Sequence record: NC_017972.1
Reading direction: 5' to 3' (one strand)
Length of the DNA: 64,000 nt
The translations under genes and the position numbers were made by a program. The notes under the pieces are model-generated. The model was not told the origin of the DNA, searched no databases, and saw only the letters and a program-made list of their open reading frames with translations. Numbering within the stretch: position 1 is the stretch's first letter; each line of letters starts with the position of its first letter. Positions 37,639-46,726 of the stretch are shown in pieces.

Positions 37639-38307
37639 TCAATAGCTGGATGCTGATGCTGTTAGCGTGTCGTAAAGCTCAAGGATATTCGCATTAAAGT
37701 CGAATGCCTCGGTGCCTTGCTTGTTATTGCAGACAACGCAATTAGGCCAATCGTGTGTAGCGCAGCAATTGCTGGGTGGTAACGGGCATGGATCGGCGCC
37801 CATTAGCATACGCTCGCAAACCAGTTTAACCAGCTTGCAAATCTGATCAGAAGTAATGCCCGTAGTCTGGCAATCAGAATCTGCTGGGAAATTTTGAACA
37901 GGTACAGGTTCTCCCTGTGCAACCGCCGGTGCAACCTCCGTAACGGGCTGCAATTCGTTAATGGTTTCGCCATTTAAAGAAATGCGGATTTTCCGAGGTC
38001 CATAGGTTTGAATGCTAACGTCGGTCGCGCCGTCCCGCTGGAACGTCGTAACGTCTGCATACGAGCCTTCGCTGCTAGCCGTTGCTGTGTGTTGATGATC
38101 CAGCTTCCCTTTGATTTCGTGTTTAATGTGATCCCAAATCTGCGCGAATTTCTTGCTGCTTTTGTTGGCAATCGCATCAGCGAGTTTTTCGCCGTTGGAT
38201 TGGGAAAGCAGCGGCATAATCATGCGCAGCATTGCGGATCGTTTATTCTTGCCCGAGCGGTTGCGGGCCAGCGCAATCATGTTGGAGGCAATCTGTAATT
38301 CTTTCAT
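37639..38307 (-). CDS. hypothetical protein with a Cys-rich C-terminus
   Basis: 222 aa; CPLPPSNCCATHDWPNCVVC. Confidence 0.7.
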   Translation of the reverse strand: MKELQIASNMIALARNRSGKNKRSAMLRMIMPLLSQSNGEKLADAIANKSSKKFAQIWDHIKHEIKGKLDHQHTATASSEGSYADVTTFQRDGATDVSIQTYGPRKIRISLNGETINELQPVTEVAPAVAQGEPVPVQNFPADSDCQTTGITSDQICKLVKLVCERMLMGADPCPLPPSNCCATHDWPNCVVCNNKQGTEAFDFNANILELYDTLTASASSY

Positions 38308-38897
38308 TACTTGCCACCTTTGATTTTGTCGGCAATGCGGCGGTAGAACGAACGCTTTGGCCGGTGGATTTCACACGTCACCAATTCCAGATCATCGGTA
38401 CGGCCTACGGTTTTGATTTCAGAATGCACGAAATCTTTGTAGGTGCCGACTACGCTGCCTTCCGGGTCTTTTGCTGCGGCTGCGAACATATCAATAATCG
38501 CAATCAAATCTTCCTGCGTCGGTTGCCAATCATCGCTACCGATTTTCAGGTGCAGCATACGCTTGAGCGGACCGGGCAGATAACCGTTTTCAAATTCCGT
38601 CTGCGGGCTAAACGATTCGTAGCCGTTTTCGTAGCGAACGAAATAGCCGCCAGTGTGGACGAAATGATCCATGACGAATTCGTCTGAAACCACGACTTCC
38701 AGCAGGCCGGATACGTCGCGCAGTACGTATTCAGTTTTCTGTGCCGATGGGAACACGCTACCGAAACCGTCGCCGTGTGGAACCTGTACCATTTGCGGTG
38801 GCACAACTTCGCCATTTTTCATCTTGGGGCGAGCGGTAATGCTGAAAATCTGAAACGCTTCTACCTGCTTGTGGCACCGCCAGATAGGAAGTTGCAT
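38307..38897 (-). CDS. phage protein of the GGY.V.Y.NGY.S.SP..FE.GY family fused to a portal-like segment
   Basis: GGYFVRYENGYESFSPQTEFENGY followed by LHLKIGSDDWQPTQEDL..DPEGSVV. Confidence 0.6.
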   Translation of the reverse strand: MQLPIWRCHKQVEAFQIFSITARPKMKNGEVVPPQMVQVPHGDGFGSVFPSAQKTEYVLRDVSGLLEVVVSDEFVMDHFVHTGGYFVRYENGYESFSPQTEFENGYLPGPLKRMLHLKIGSDDWQPTQEDLIAIIDMFAAAAKDPEGSVVGTYKDFVHSEIKTVGRTDDLELVTCEIHRPKRSFYRRIADKIKGGK

Positions 38898-39382
38898 TAT
38901 TTGTTTTCCTTTTTCAGTCTGTAGGAGAATTGAATCGAGCCGCCTTCTGGCGAACCGTGGGAAACGTGGCCTTCGCCGATTTCAAATAGCGATTGGGCAG
39001 CGTTAATCGTCTCAGGCCATTCCTGCAAAACCTGCCGACCGGTGAACGGGATTTTCGCTACCGATTCCGGGCGAGTAAACGTCAAGTAAATGCAATCGGA
39101 TGCCATAGTGATTTTCACGCGGTCCAGATGCGCACGCCACGGCTTCCAGCTGTCGAGCTTCAAAAACTCTTCTTTGATTTTGCTACACATGGTTGCCGAT
39201 GCAGTAACCAGCGCTTCTGCCAGTTCGCCGTCCAGCCAGCCATTGGATTTATTGGTGATTTGTCCAATGCTGCAACCGCGCACAAAGCTGATCGATTCTT
39301 GGCTATTGCGAATGGAAACCGTGGTGTCAGTCTTAATGTTTTCTGCGTTGTCGTCGTGCAGGTAAACGTGTTGGAATTTCAT
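38897..39382 (-). CDS. hypothetical protein
   Basis: the start at 39382 gives an ATGA overlap with the upstream stop. Confidence 0.65.
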   Translation of the reverse strand: MKFQHVYLHDDNAENIKTDTTVSIRNSQESISFVRGCSIGQITNKSNGWLDGELAEALVTASATMCSKIKEEFLKLDSWKPWRAHLDRVKITMASDCIYLTFTRPESVAKIPFTGRQVLQEWPETINAAQSLFEIGEGHVSHGSPEGGSIQFSYRLKKENK

Positions 39383-40473
39383 CGCAGTTTGTATCCTTTC
39401 GAGATAGCGCGCAGTGGTTCGGTTGGCTGTAGAACGCGAGCAGTACACACCCATTCCAATCGGGCCTGATCCTGCATGATTTTGCGTTCTTTGTCGCGGA
39501 CTTTCAAAAACAGATTCCGCTCAGGAATGCAGACGATATCGCCCTCGTTAACGTCGGATACTTCCGGGCCGAAAACGATTGGAATATCACTCATGGTTTG
39601 CAGACGGTCGTAGTCGAGCGTGGTGGTTTCGCCGCCGATGTTGGCATTCAACCGAGGCACACCCAAATCGAATTCAAAAACAATGTGGGTAAAGCGTTCG
39701 GTTTTCACGTAAACGTCAATTGCCGAACCGGCGTGACGGCGCAGGTCTTCGATGGTAAGAATCTTGCCGTTTGCTAGCGTAGGTTTTTCGCGCAGAATGT
39801 AGGTGTCTTCGCGAATGCTGTAGATCGCCGAAACGAAATACTTCGGCACCGTCACTTTGAATGAAACAAAACCGTCCGGGCTTTCCTGCACAAAGGCGTG
39901 CGGCATACTGGTATGATCCATATGTACGCCTTCGATGCGTTCGATATCGTAGTGCGTATAAACCTTGCGGTGCATACCATACGCTTTGTAACCGGGCTGC
40001 TTCAATGCGCGATAACAAATGCCACAATTGACAGAGCCTTGACCAACGGAATCCATGAAATCTTCTGCGGTTGTAACCGCTACAACGCCTTCGTCTCTGG
40101 TGCCGGAAACGTCGATTGGTTTCACGTCGTTAAAGATCATGTCATCCAGATCGGAACCGAAAATATCGTCGTCCTGAAACTGGATTTCCATATCCTCGTT
40201 TGTGCGGTCGCGTTGTGGAATGGTGGGCGTTACGCCTGCCGACATTCCTTGCACCGGCCTTACGTCCGTTTTGCAACAGGAACAAGGCCGACCAATCATA
40301 CGTTCAACCTGATACAACACCACCTGCACGGCGTTTACCGCCAATGAGTTTTGAACCTGATTGTTATACGCCGCTACCGTTTCATCCATGCGGGCTTGCG
40401 CCTGTTTCTGAATGAAGTTTCTTGCATGGTTTCGCTTTACGTTTGCTGGGCCTCGTTTGATCATGTCGGGCAC
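39379..40473 (-). CDS. putative neck / head-closure protein with CxC...CxxC zinc ligands
   Basis: VVLYQ..GRPCSCC and NCGICY..PGY recall head-closure proteins of large myoviruses; GTG start. Confidence 0.4.
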   Translation of the reverse strand: MPDMIKRGPANVKRNHARNFIQKQAQARMDETVAAYNNQVQNSLAVNAVQVVLYQVERMIGRPCSCCKTDVRPVQGMSAGVTPTIPQRDRTNEDMEIQFQDDDIFGSDLDDMIFNDVKPIDVSGTRDEGVVAVTTAEDFMDSVGQGSVNCGICYRALKQPGYKAYGMHRKVYTHYDIERIEGVHMDHTSMPHAFVQESPDGFVSFKVTVPKYFVSAIYSIREDTYILREKPTLANGKILTIEDLRRHAGSAIDVYVKTERFTHIVFEFDLGVPRLNANIGGETTTLDYDRLQTMSDIPIVFGPEVSDVNEGDIVCIPERNLFLKVRDKERKIMQDQARLEWVCTARVLQPTEPLRAISKGYKLR

Positions 40474-40550
40474 CTCCTAACCTTTAAATTACAGGCGCGA
40501 AAACCGAGAGTGCGAATAGTAATTCAAAGGTATGTGTTAGGAGAACATCA

Positions 40551-41177
40551 ATGGCTAAGCGGAAAGCTGCGAAGAAGAAACCGGTTAAGGTTGAACTACC
40601 GGTCCCAAAGAAGAAACGAATTCGTGTAACCGGTGCCGACATGGGCACCGTGAACTACGCAGTTACGCAGATCGAGGCGTGGCTGGTAGATGGTGAAATG
40701 CGTTTCAAAGTCATTGGTTCCAAAATGATGGAGCACATGATTCACGACGTAAAGAATGCGCAGTTTGAAAGCGTGGCATTCTTGAAAGAATATTCGGCAT
40801 TGCCGAAAGCGGACTACGTTGCAGCCGAACGTTACCAATCGCGACCGGGCCGAACGGCAGGCGGTTCCACCGTTGAATCCATTTCGATGATGATGGGCCT
40901 GATGTTGGCTGCGCATCCAAATATTCCGACCACGTTCTACACAGCTGCAACGTGGAAAAACGAATTCAATAAGACCGCCGCCGACCTGAAAGAAATGTAT
41001 GAGGATTTGAAAACCAAATACAAAGGCCAAGGCGTGGTCATTCACCAGCTGGATTCGTTCTTTATCGCGCTTTACCATGCGGCCAAATTGTTAAGGGTTC
41101 CGCCTTACCAATTCATTAAATCCCATACCGACGAACAGCGACTTTTCAATGTTCTAAGTAAGGCGCCAACCTTATAA
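40551..41177 (+). CDS. ruvC: RuvC-like Holliday junction resolvase
   Basis: VTGADMGTVNYA, AAERYQ, HQLDSFFIAL give RNase H-fold acidic residues. Confidence 0.7.
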   Translation: MAKRKAAKKKPVKVELPVPKKKRIRVTGADMGTVNYAVTQIEAWLVDGEMRFKVIGSKMMEHMIHDVKNAQFESVAFLKEYSALPKADYVAAERYQSRPGRTAGGSTVESISMMMGLMLAAHPNIPTTFYTAATWKNEFNKTAADLKEMYEDLKTKYKGQGVVIHQLDSFFIALYHAAKLLRVPPYQFIKSHTDEQRLFNVLSKAPTL

Positions 41178-41179
41178 AA

Positions 41180-41189
41180 AATGTAAATA
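41180..41189 (+). promoter_or_regulatory. AATGTAAATA variant of the promoter-like motif
   Basis: 36 nt before the start at 41226. Confidence 0.55.
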
Positions 41190-41225
41190 TAAGAGAAATC
41201 TGGCGACAAAAATGGGGAAGTTTTT

Positions 41226-41678
41226 ATGAATAGTGGAATAGTGAAAACGGCTGTCGATTACGCGGTTCGGAAACGGAATTTTGCAGTGAGTTCTAACGGG
41301 AATGACGCTAATCCAGCGCTCCCCGAGGCCATTACCGATCACGTTCTGTATGCGAACATCGACATTGAACGTTCCAATGAAGACGACCGGATGCGTCCGC
41401 ATAATCTGGTTTTGGGCGTGGCTGAAAGACAATCGAATATTGCCGACCTGATGGACCTCGCTTGCGGTAAGCTGACACTGCCAAAAGAAATCATTGTGCA
41501 TACACTGCTGGGCAACAGCGAACGCGTCATTGCTCGCCGGGTATTCACCGATTTGAAATTGCGCATTGCGAATTCGCATTACACGAAGCTCCACGGATCG
41601 AGCGAAGAAATGAGCATCACCCGTTTGATTTTCTCCTGCTACCTGCAAGACGCTGAACCTGTGGTAGTGTGCAATTGA
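41226..41678 (+). CDS. hypothetical protein
   Basis: 150 aa ORF. Confidence 0.65.
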   Translation: MNSGIVKTAVDYAVRKRNFAVSSNGNDANPALPEAITDHVLYANIDIERSNEDDRMRPHNLVLGVAERQSNIADLMDLACGKLTLPKEIIVHTLLGNSERVIARRVFTDLKLRIANSHYTKLHGSSEEMSITRLIFSCYLQDAEPVVVCN

Positions 41679-42184
41679 GCAAAACCTGCCCGCTGCGTCC
41701 CGAATATTCGTTCCTGTCGAAATGCCGCATCACTACATGCAAATATTTCACAGAGAAAACGAACAACCGCTGCATGGCGCTGGACTCAGTATTTGCACCG
41801 ACCAACGACCTCACGGAAAAGAAAGCGGAAACTAATCTCGGCCTGACCGACGTTGAGTTACGCTTGCTGAAATTCCCGAACAAAACAAAACGTGAAGTCG
41901 CGGCAGAGAGAAAAAGGTATTGCGAGCAGGTTAAGGCCGTGCTCACCCTGCACCAGATCATTCAGGACAAAGCATACCGAGCCACGGAATTGTTTTACGA
42001 AACACCGGTAGTACGAAAAATTCTTGATCACCCGTTGTTCGGCGACGAAGAGCTGGGCCTTGAGTCGTGGATGATTCCGATGATTTTTGACGAATCGTTC
42101 CTTGAGCAATACGGCAAACCTAAACTACACCTGCTGTTCGGCATAACTGATCGTGAGTACGAACAGCATAAAACGCGAAAATAG
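41669..42184 (+). CDS. hypothetical protein with a Cys-rich N-terminus
   Basis: CPL..C..TC..C cluster; GTG start. Confidence 0.65.
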   Translation: MQLSKTCPLRPEYSFLSKCRITTCKYFTEKTNNRCMALDSVFAPTNDLTEKKAETNLGLTDVELRLLKFPNKTKREVAAERKRYCEQVKAVLTLHQIIQDKAYRATELFYETPVVRKILDHPLFGDEELGLESWMIPMIFDESFLEQYGKPKLHLLFGITDREYEQHKTRK

Positions 42185-42202
42185 AACTGGAGAGTTGAAA
42201 AA

Positions 42203-42874
42203 ATGAGTCAACAAAACGTAGCCCTGATGCGTCCGCTCACCGTCGTGGAAGCACTGGCACGCAAAGAAGACCTGACCCTGTACGTCATGAACATGGTTCG
42301 CCCAACCCGCGAGCAACCGGATATGCGTCCGGGCAACATTAACCTCGGTGTGAAAGGCGACGACGGTTCGGTGCAAACCGTAGTAATTCCGAAAACCCAC
42401 GTACCAATCGACATGACCATGTTTATCAGCCGCGAAAACCTGCTGCTGAATCGTCATTTCCGCCAGCTGGTGCAACTGGGCCACATCGCAATTGCTCACC
42501 CGGAAGACGCTGAGCGTGCGATTCAAAGCAGCGCCTCGGCACAAAAAGAAATCAACCGCGTTCTTTCGCTCAATTCCTACGGCGCAGAAAACAACAGCCC
42601 GGCGCGTATGCTGGAACTGCGTTCTAGCCCGCTGATCGATGGCGCTAATGGCGTTCCTACTCTGGCTTCTGAATCGGCCCCGACCGAATTCCTGCCTGAT
42701 CCGTTCGCTGTCGGTATCGTCAACCGCGCTGCTGGCAACGAAGACGTAGCCGACCTGATTGGCGATATCGAAATTCAGCGTTTGGCTTTGACCGAAGCTG
42801 ACCTGACCTACATCGCCAACAACGTCGAAGACCCAGTGCTCAAGCAAGCAATTGCTGACATGATTTCTGCCTGA
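42203..42874 (+). CDS. hypothetical protein, possible virion-associated protein
   Basis: 223 aa, strong codon bias, GGAG RBS, followed by a terminator. Confidence 0.7.
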   Translation: MSQQNVALMRPLTVVEALARKEDLTLYVMNMVRPTREQPDMRPGNINLGVKGDDGSVQTVVIPKTHVPIDMTMFISRENLLLNRHFRQLVQLGHIAIAHPEDAERAIQSSASAQKEINRVLSLNSYGAENNSPARMLELRSSPLIDGANGVPTLASESAPTEFLPDPFAVGIVNRAAGNEDVADLIGDIEIQRLALTEADLTYIANNVEDPVLKQAIADMISA

Positions 42875-42885
42875 TTTTAGGCAAT

Positions 42886-42925
42886 AAAAAAGGCCGCGAT
42901 CCCTAACCGGAAAGCGGCCTTTTTT
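42886..42925. terminator. bidirectional intrinsic terminator
   Basis: AAAAAAGGCCGC/GCGGCCTTTTTT between convergent genes. Confidence 0.85.
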
Positions 42926-42939
42926 GTACCTACGATTTG

Positions 42940-43986
42940 TTATTTCTGCTTTGGTTTCTTTTTCTTCTTTGGTTCCGGCTCCGCGTCCTTGCCGTGGGCG
43001 TAGACGATTGCCTTCACCTTATCGATGATTTTCTGTGGCGCTGAGTCGGGGTCGAGTTTGATAATGTTGCCTTCGTCATCCTTTTTGCGCGGCAGCAACA
43101 GCTCTTCGACTTCGATTAGATTTCCGCAAACCTCGGTCACTAGACGAGCCATTGCACGACCGGCTTTGTCGTTATCGGTAAGAGTGTAAATCTTAGTTAT
43201 ACCCAAACCGGTTAGCAGCATCAGCTTTCGCTCGCCGAACATTTTGGAACCGAGAATTGCACACGCTGGAATTTTATTCAGCACCAACCGCAACCAGTCA
43301 CGCGGACCTTCACAGAGTACGACCGCTTTGCAACCGAACAATTTGTGTTCGCGGATGAAGTCGTAACCGAGCAGGCCGTAGTCCATAACCCAGTCGCCTT
43401 TGGTGTTGATATACGACGCGCCATTCTCCGCTTTTTCTAGCAACGCTTTCACGCCACCGCGATAGCGCTTGTTGATATACACAGGCAGACCGAGCAGAAC
43501 GCCTTCCCGATCATTCTCCGAAAACATCCAACCGTTTACCCGTGCGATCATCGAGCCGGGATAGCCGCGCCATTCCTTTCCTTTCGGCCAAGGGATTACC
43601 GCGCCGCCCAGTTCTTCGTGGAAACGTGCAATGGATTTGTTATTGGTGTTCTCACGTTCCTTTTTCCGACGACCGTAACGGGCATTGTTGCCTTGCGTAG
43701 AACCGTCGAAAAGCTGCCATGATTTGATTTGCTGTAAATTCAGTTTAGCAGCTAGTTTATTCCACTGTCCTGACTCGTTGCAGGACCAGCAGTTGAAGGT
43801 TCCGATTGGCACCTTCGACTCGAAACTAATATTGATACCCAGTGACGGGTTAGTGTCTTCATGAAAAGGACAAACGATTTCAACGTTGGAGCTTGTGTGC
43901 TTGATTGGGCCGGGGACTTTTTCCAGCTCGGTCATGATGATCGTAAACGCATCATCAAGATTCAACGATTCTTTAGCCATGTGCAA
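42940..43986 (-). CDS. dnaG: DnaG-type DNA primase
   Basis: zinc finger CPFH..PS..CWSC; TOPRIM LCEGPRD and TDNDKAG. Confidence 0.9.
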   Translation of the reverse strand: MHMAKESLNLDDAFTIIMTELEKVPGPIKHTSSNVEIVCPFHEDTNPSLGINISFESKVPIGTFNCWSCNESGQWNKLAAKLNLQQIKSWQLFDGSTQGNNARYGRRKKERENTNNKSIARFHEELGGAVIPWPKGKEWRGYPGSMIARVNGWMFSENDREGVLLGLPVYINKRYRGGVKALLEKAENGASYINTKGDWVMDYGLLGYDFIREHKLFGCKAVVLCEGPRDWLRLVLNKIPACAILGSKMFGERKLMLLTGLGITKIYTLTDNDKAGRAMARLVTEVCGNLIEVEELLLPRKKDDEGNIIKLDPDSAPQKIIDKVKAIVYAHGKDAEPEPKKKKKPKQK

Positions 43987-44016
43987 ATCCGCGCATTCGA
44001 TGCCAATTTATTTATA

Positions 44017-44026
44017 TATTTACAGT
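44017..44026 (-). promoter_or_regulatory. ACTGTAAATA motif upstream of the primase
   Basis: 30 nt before the start codon and oriented with the only inverted gene in this block. Confidence 0.7.
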
Positions 44027-44040
44027 AACTAGGTGCGACC

Positions 44041-45153
44041 ATGTTCAAGCAACTCGCAGGCGGCATTAGAGACAGAAAACGCGCTGCCCGTGCTGAATCG
44101 CACGTAGGCAAGGTGTACGCGCAAGTAATGGAATCGACGATCAGAACGCCGAACGGACGCGGGCCTGAATATCGACCTTCCAGCTTTCCAATTTGCCCAG
44201 TTCTTGTACATATGCAATTCGTTAAAGCCGCGATGGATGGCTACTACGAATCCAATATGACTGCCGGTGGCGGTTACTTCACAACGGTTGGAACTGCTGC
44301 ACACGAAAACATTCAGTATTACATGGGCCAGACGGGCAAGGTGTTCGGGCATTGGAAATGCCGCAATAGTTTTTGCCAGAAGCATCACGACGCCCGCGAC
44401 CTGTACAACGAAAAAGGCGAAATCATTCGCCCCGGCAAACTCACCGCAGAAAACACAACGGACAACAAATGCCCGGCGTGTGGCGTGCCGTGTGAGTACG
44501 TGGAAATGTGCATCGATTATTTTGGGCTGAAAGGCCACATCGATTGCATCTACCTGATGCCCGATGGTTCCTATTGGGTAATGGACTATAAGACTTCCAC
44601 CAAAGGCCAAATCAACGGTAAGAAATTGCCTAAGCGCGAGCACCTTATGCAGGTGCCGACTTACTGCTATGTGCTTGAGAAGAAATACAAGATGAAAATC
44701 TCTGGTTTCTCGCTGCTGTACCTGAGCCGCGATAACCCGTATGAATTCCGCGAGTACGCAGAGCAGTGGGCCGAACGCCGACGCGCAGAAACCAAGAAAC
44801 TGATTATCGAGCAGAAGAAAATTTACCGAGCTGCCGTGAACAGTTTCATTCAGAACAAACCGTCCATTGCGATCAAGTGCAAACCTTGCCAAGTGCCGGA
44901 CGATTATGAGCGCCTGATGCCAGCGTATGACAAATGCCCGATGGCGTCTGTGTGCTTCAATAAAAAATCGCTAAAAGACAACATGCTGCACGCCTACAAG
45001 CCAGCTGAGCTGTTGAAGGTTGTGAACATCACGCGCAACATGTCGAATTACATTGAAGACGAACACATGCCGAAGGTGAAGAAAAAGCTCACTGTTCCTT
45101 TGGCTGAAAAGAAGCCCAAGAAAACTAAACTCAAGCGTGGTAAGACGAAATGA
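44041..45153 (+). CDS. Cas4/RecB-like PD-(D/E)XK exonuclease
   Basis: RPSSFPICP, GTAAHE, GHID, DYKT, QVPTY and C-terminal cysteines. Confidence 0.8.
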   Translation: MFKQLAGGIRDRKRAARAESHVGKVYAQVMESTIRTPNGRGPEYRPSSFPICPVLVHMQFVKAAMDGYYESNMTAGGGYFTTVGTAAHENIQYYMGQTGKVFGHWKCRNSFCQKHHDARDLYNEKGEIIRPGKLTAENTTDNKCPACGVPCEYVEMCIDYFGLKGHIDCIYLMPDGSYWVMDYKTSTKGQINGKKLPKREHLMQVPTYCYVLEKKYKMKISGFSLLYLSRDNPYEFREYAEQWAERRRAETKKLIIEQKKIYRAAVNSFIQNKPSIAIKCKPCQVPDDYERLMPAYDKCPMASVCFNKKSLKDNMLHAYKPAELLKVVNITRNMSNYIEDEHMPKVKKKLTVPLAEKKPKKTKLKRGKTK

Positions 45154-45932
45154 AAATTCAGATTAGCATGAAGGATTTCCGCGCCAGCGCAGGGAGTGCC
45201 TACAGCGCGCCGGATATGGCGGCTGCTGAGCAAACCCAGTATTCCGACGCAGAGCTGGCCGAACGCGACAAGGAAGAGCAGGCACGCCAAGAACAGGAAG
45301 CGGAAAAAGAAAGAAAAGAGGCAGCGAAGAAACAGGCTGAAAAAGCTGCCAAGGCTCCACAAACTCCAAAAGAATCTGGCGAGGATTCTGGCGGCGGTGG
45401 CGGTGACGACGAAGACGAAGATTCCGATGACGAAGATTCTGGTGACGAAGATTCTGGTGACGAAGATTCTGGTGACGAAGATTCTGGTGACGACGAAGAA
45501 TCCGATGACGACGAAGAATCCGGTGACGACGAAGAATCCGATGACGACGAAGATTCGGACGATGACGAAGAGGCCACTGCATCCGCATTGCCTTATCCCA
45601 ATGTGAAAACACGGGAATCGGACGTTATCGAGCCTGCTGCAAAAACCCGCGTCGTGGATGAAAAGCGCGAAGCGGAAAAGCGGGAAGCCGAGGAAACGGA
45701 ACGGAACGCGCAGAACAAATCGCAACCGAGCGCCAACGATCCGAACAACAAAAAAGCCGAGAAAAAGAAAGAGGGCACCGGCCAGTCACTGACTACCGCC
45801 AGCTCACTTCCTTACCCTAACGTCAGCTCCCGTGCGATTAGCGTTAGCGATGGTGCATCGTATTTCACCGCCTTTGCTAACACCAATGCGTCGGAATGGA
45901 AAAAGAAGCTGAAAAAGAAGAAGCGTAAGTAA
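45150..45932 (+). CDS. acidic low-complexity protein with a Lys-rich C-terminus
   Basis: GDEDS and DDEES repeats; duplicated TASxLPYPNV; ends KKKLKKKKRK. Confidence 0.75.
   Translation: MKIQISMKDFRASAGSAYSAPDMAAAEQTQYSDAELAERDKEEQARQEQEAEKERKEAAKKQAEKAAKAPQTPKESGEDSGGGGGDDEDEDSDDEDSGDEDSGDEDSGDEDSGDDEESDDDEESGDDEESDDDEDSDDDEEATASALPYPNVKTRESDVIEPAAKTRVVDEKREAEKREAEETERNAQNKSQPSANDPNNKKAEKKKEGTGQSLTTASSLPYPNVSSRAISVSDGASYFTAFANTNASEWKKKLKKKKRK
45429..45542 (+). repeat. coding tandem repeats: 4 x 15 bp then 3 x 18 bp
   Basis: GACGAAGATTCTGGT x4 (45429-45488); GACGACGAAGAATCCGRT x3 (45489-45542). Confidence 0.95.
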
Positions 45933-45935
45933 TAC

Positions 45936-45974
45936 GAAGCCGCATTCAGGTTCACGCCTGTTTGCGGCTTTTTC
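45936..45974 (+). terminator. intrinsic terminator
   Basis: AAGCCGCA/TGCGGCTT stem plus TTT. Confidence 0.8.
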
Positions 45975-45989
45975 GTTATGGCGTGTAAA

Positions 45990-45999
45990 ACTGTAAATA
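45990..45999 (+). promoter_or_regulatory. ACTGTAAATA motif
   Basis: 30 nt before the start at 46030 and right after a terminator. Confidence 0.7.
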
Positions 46000-46029
46000 G
46001 GTTGTATACACATACGAGGGCTTCCTGTT

Positions 46030-46410
46030 ATGCTGACCCATGTTATCAATGGCACCGATCTTACCGGCGATAATCACACCCGCCAGAAATTCCTGAATAG
46101 CGTTGCGACATTCAAAGCCGACAAACGCCAGCACACAAAAGAATTCACGTTCCGGCATCACCACGTAGCCGAGCTGCATGGTGGCCGCTATTTGGTTTGC
46201 GTTAAAGACGCGGAAAGCGGCGCGGCCCTGCTGTATGAAGACGGCGTAAAGGCAGGCGTAGACCCAATCGTTATTTCCGATGCACACCCGCTGAAATACA
46301 CCGACATGCGTAACGAAGCCGCCGCACAGCTGACCGCCCATTTGACTGGCGCTCTTGCAAAAGAAATCAAGAAAGCAGGTAGCAAGAAAGTAGGGAAGGC
46401 AAAAGCATGA
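46030..46410 (+). CDS. hypothetical protein
   Basis: 126 aa, GAGG RBS. Confidence 0.7.
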   Translation: MLTHVINGTDLTGDNHTRQKFLNSVATFKADKRQHTKEFTFRHHHVAELHGGRYLVCVKDAESGAALLYEDGVKAGVDPIVISDAHPLKYTDMRNEAAAQLTAHLTGALAKEIKKAGSKKVGKAKA

Positions 46411-46721
46411 CTGTCGAAATCCTGCGCTACGAAGCGAAGTGGGGCGAGCACGCCGAATGGCAGGAATGCAGCCAAACGGATTATGAAGCGATTCGCCTGT
46501 CGATTCACCAGCACCAATTCAAAGCCCGCGTGATTGGCATTGTTGAAGACCCCGCCGGTTTGTTGTTGCCCGGTCCGAATGGTTACGAATCGTGGCGTGA
46601 AGCTGCCGTGCATGAGAAGGCGAAGCGTGTTGAAATCGAGCGTGAATTGAAAGAAGTACGCAACGCACTCCGTCCAGTGCAAAAGCTGGAGGCCATTCGC
46701 AAAATTCTGGACGAGGAATAA
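46407..46721 (+). CDS. hypothetical protein
   Basis: 104 aa, ATGA overlap. Confidence 0.65.
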   Translation: MTVEILRYEAKWGEHAEWQECSQTDYEAIRLSIHQHQFKARVIGIVEDPAGLLLPGPNGYESWREAAVHEKAKRVEIERELKEVRNALRPVQKLEAIRKILDEE

Positions 46722-46726
46722 AAAAA

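Noticed and set aside
44041-45153. A CRISPR-Cas adaptation locus
   Set aside because: Only a solo Cas4-like gene; no cas1, cas2 or array seen
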